DNA from: Sphagnum compactum
Lineage: Eukaryota
Length of the DNA stretch: 64,000 nucleotides
Reading direction: 5' to 3'
Assembly: GCA_965153455.1 (NCBI GenBank)
Contig: OZ234494.1
Span: 8,122,001-8,186,000 of the forward strand
The position numbers and the translations under genes are program-made. Of this stretch, positions 63,571-64,000 are shown piece by piece. Position 1 is the stretch's first letter; each line of letters opens with the position of its first letter. The notes under the pieces are model-generated. The model did not search any database. It worked only from the letters and a program-made list of their open reading frames with translations, and was not told where the DNA came from.

Positions 63571-64000
63571 TATTCAAGTCCCAACAATAGCTGCATGGTA
63601 ACATCAAAATTAAATTCATGTAAATGAAGGGAAAAATTAAGGACAAACAAAAACTTATTGTATAATGTCATATTTCCAACAAAAAAGGCATGCATTTTGA
63701 CCTTTCATTAGTGCTACATCCATTATCTTCACTAAATGATCACAATAAATCTTTAAATAAAAACTAACTATGGAACTGTTATGAGTATTTTTCCTAAATT
63801 ATTCACAAAAATGAAGAGATAGTATTATCCGGACCAATTTATTCATTATTGCCATCAACGTCGCCATATAATCTACAGATAACATGCACTTCCAGAGGTG
63901 GATTATGGATTAAGTCATCAAGTTTTGGAAAACATCCTATGTCTATAGGGTGATATAATGTCATGGAACGTCCGTTGTAGCCATCTTGTGTGCAAGATTC

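Overview
AT-rich eukaryotic genomic DNA with GT-AG introns and plant-type genes and transposons, probably from a bryophyte (a moss such as Sphagnum is an inference from gene and repeat style, not verified). Three intact spliced protein-coding genes can be rebuilt by hand. (1) 1363-2933 (+, 4 exons, 223 aa) is a probably organelle-targeted protein in which a bacterial/cyanobacterial-type Trp-rich domain (TIGR02450/DUF2389-like) sits between the two halves of a DnaJ-type CxxCxGxG zinc finger; this is the most unusual feature of the window. (2) 8168-5327 (-, 3 exons, 610 aa) is an acidic disordered protein with a basic N-terminus (MPPGPRKRRRQRR) and a C-terminal di-cysteine/aromatic tail. (3) 47670-44078 (-, 5 exons, 442 aa) is an Aim32/Apd1-type thioredoxin-like (sucrase/ferredoxin-like) [2Fe-2S] protein with a C-terminal membrane anchor. 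Most of 9-42 kb and 48-64 kb is decayed transposon sequence: two hAT transposase relics, two PIF/Harbinger relics, non-autonomous CACTA elements with 3-bp TSDs (one nested in a hAT BED finger), MITEs and short tandem duplications. One MITE family lies 350-600 bp upstream of both minus-strand genes. No rRNA, tRNA or CRISPR array was recognised.
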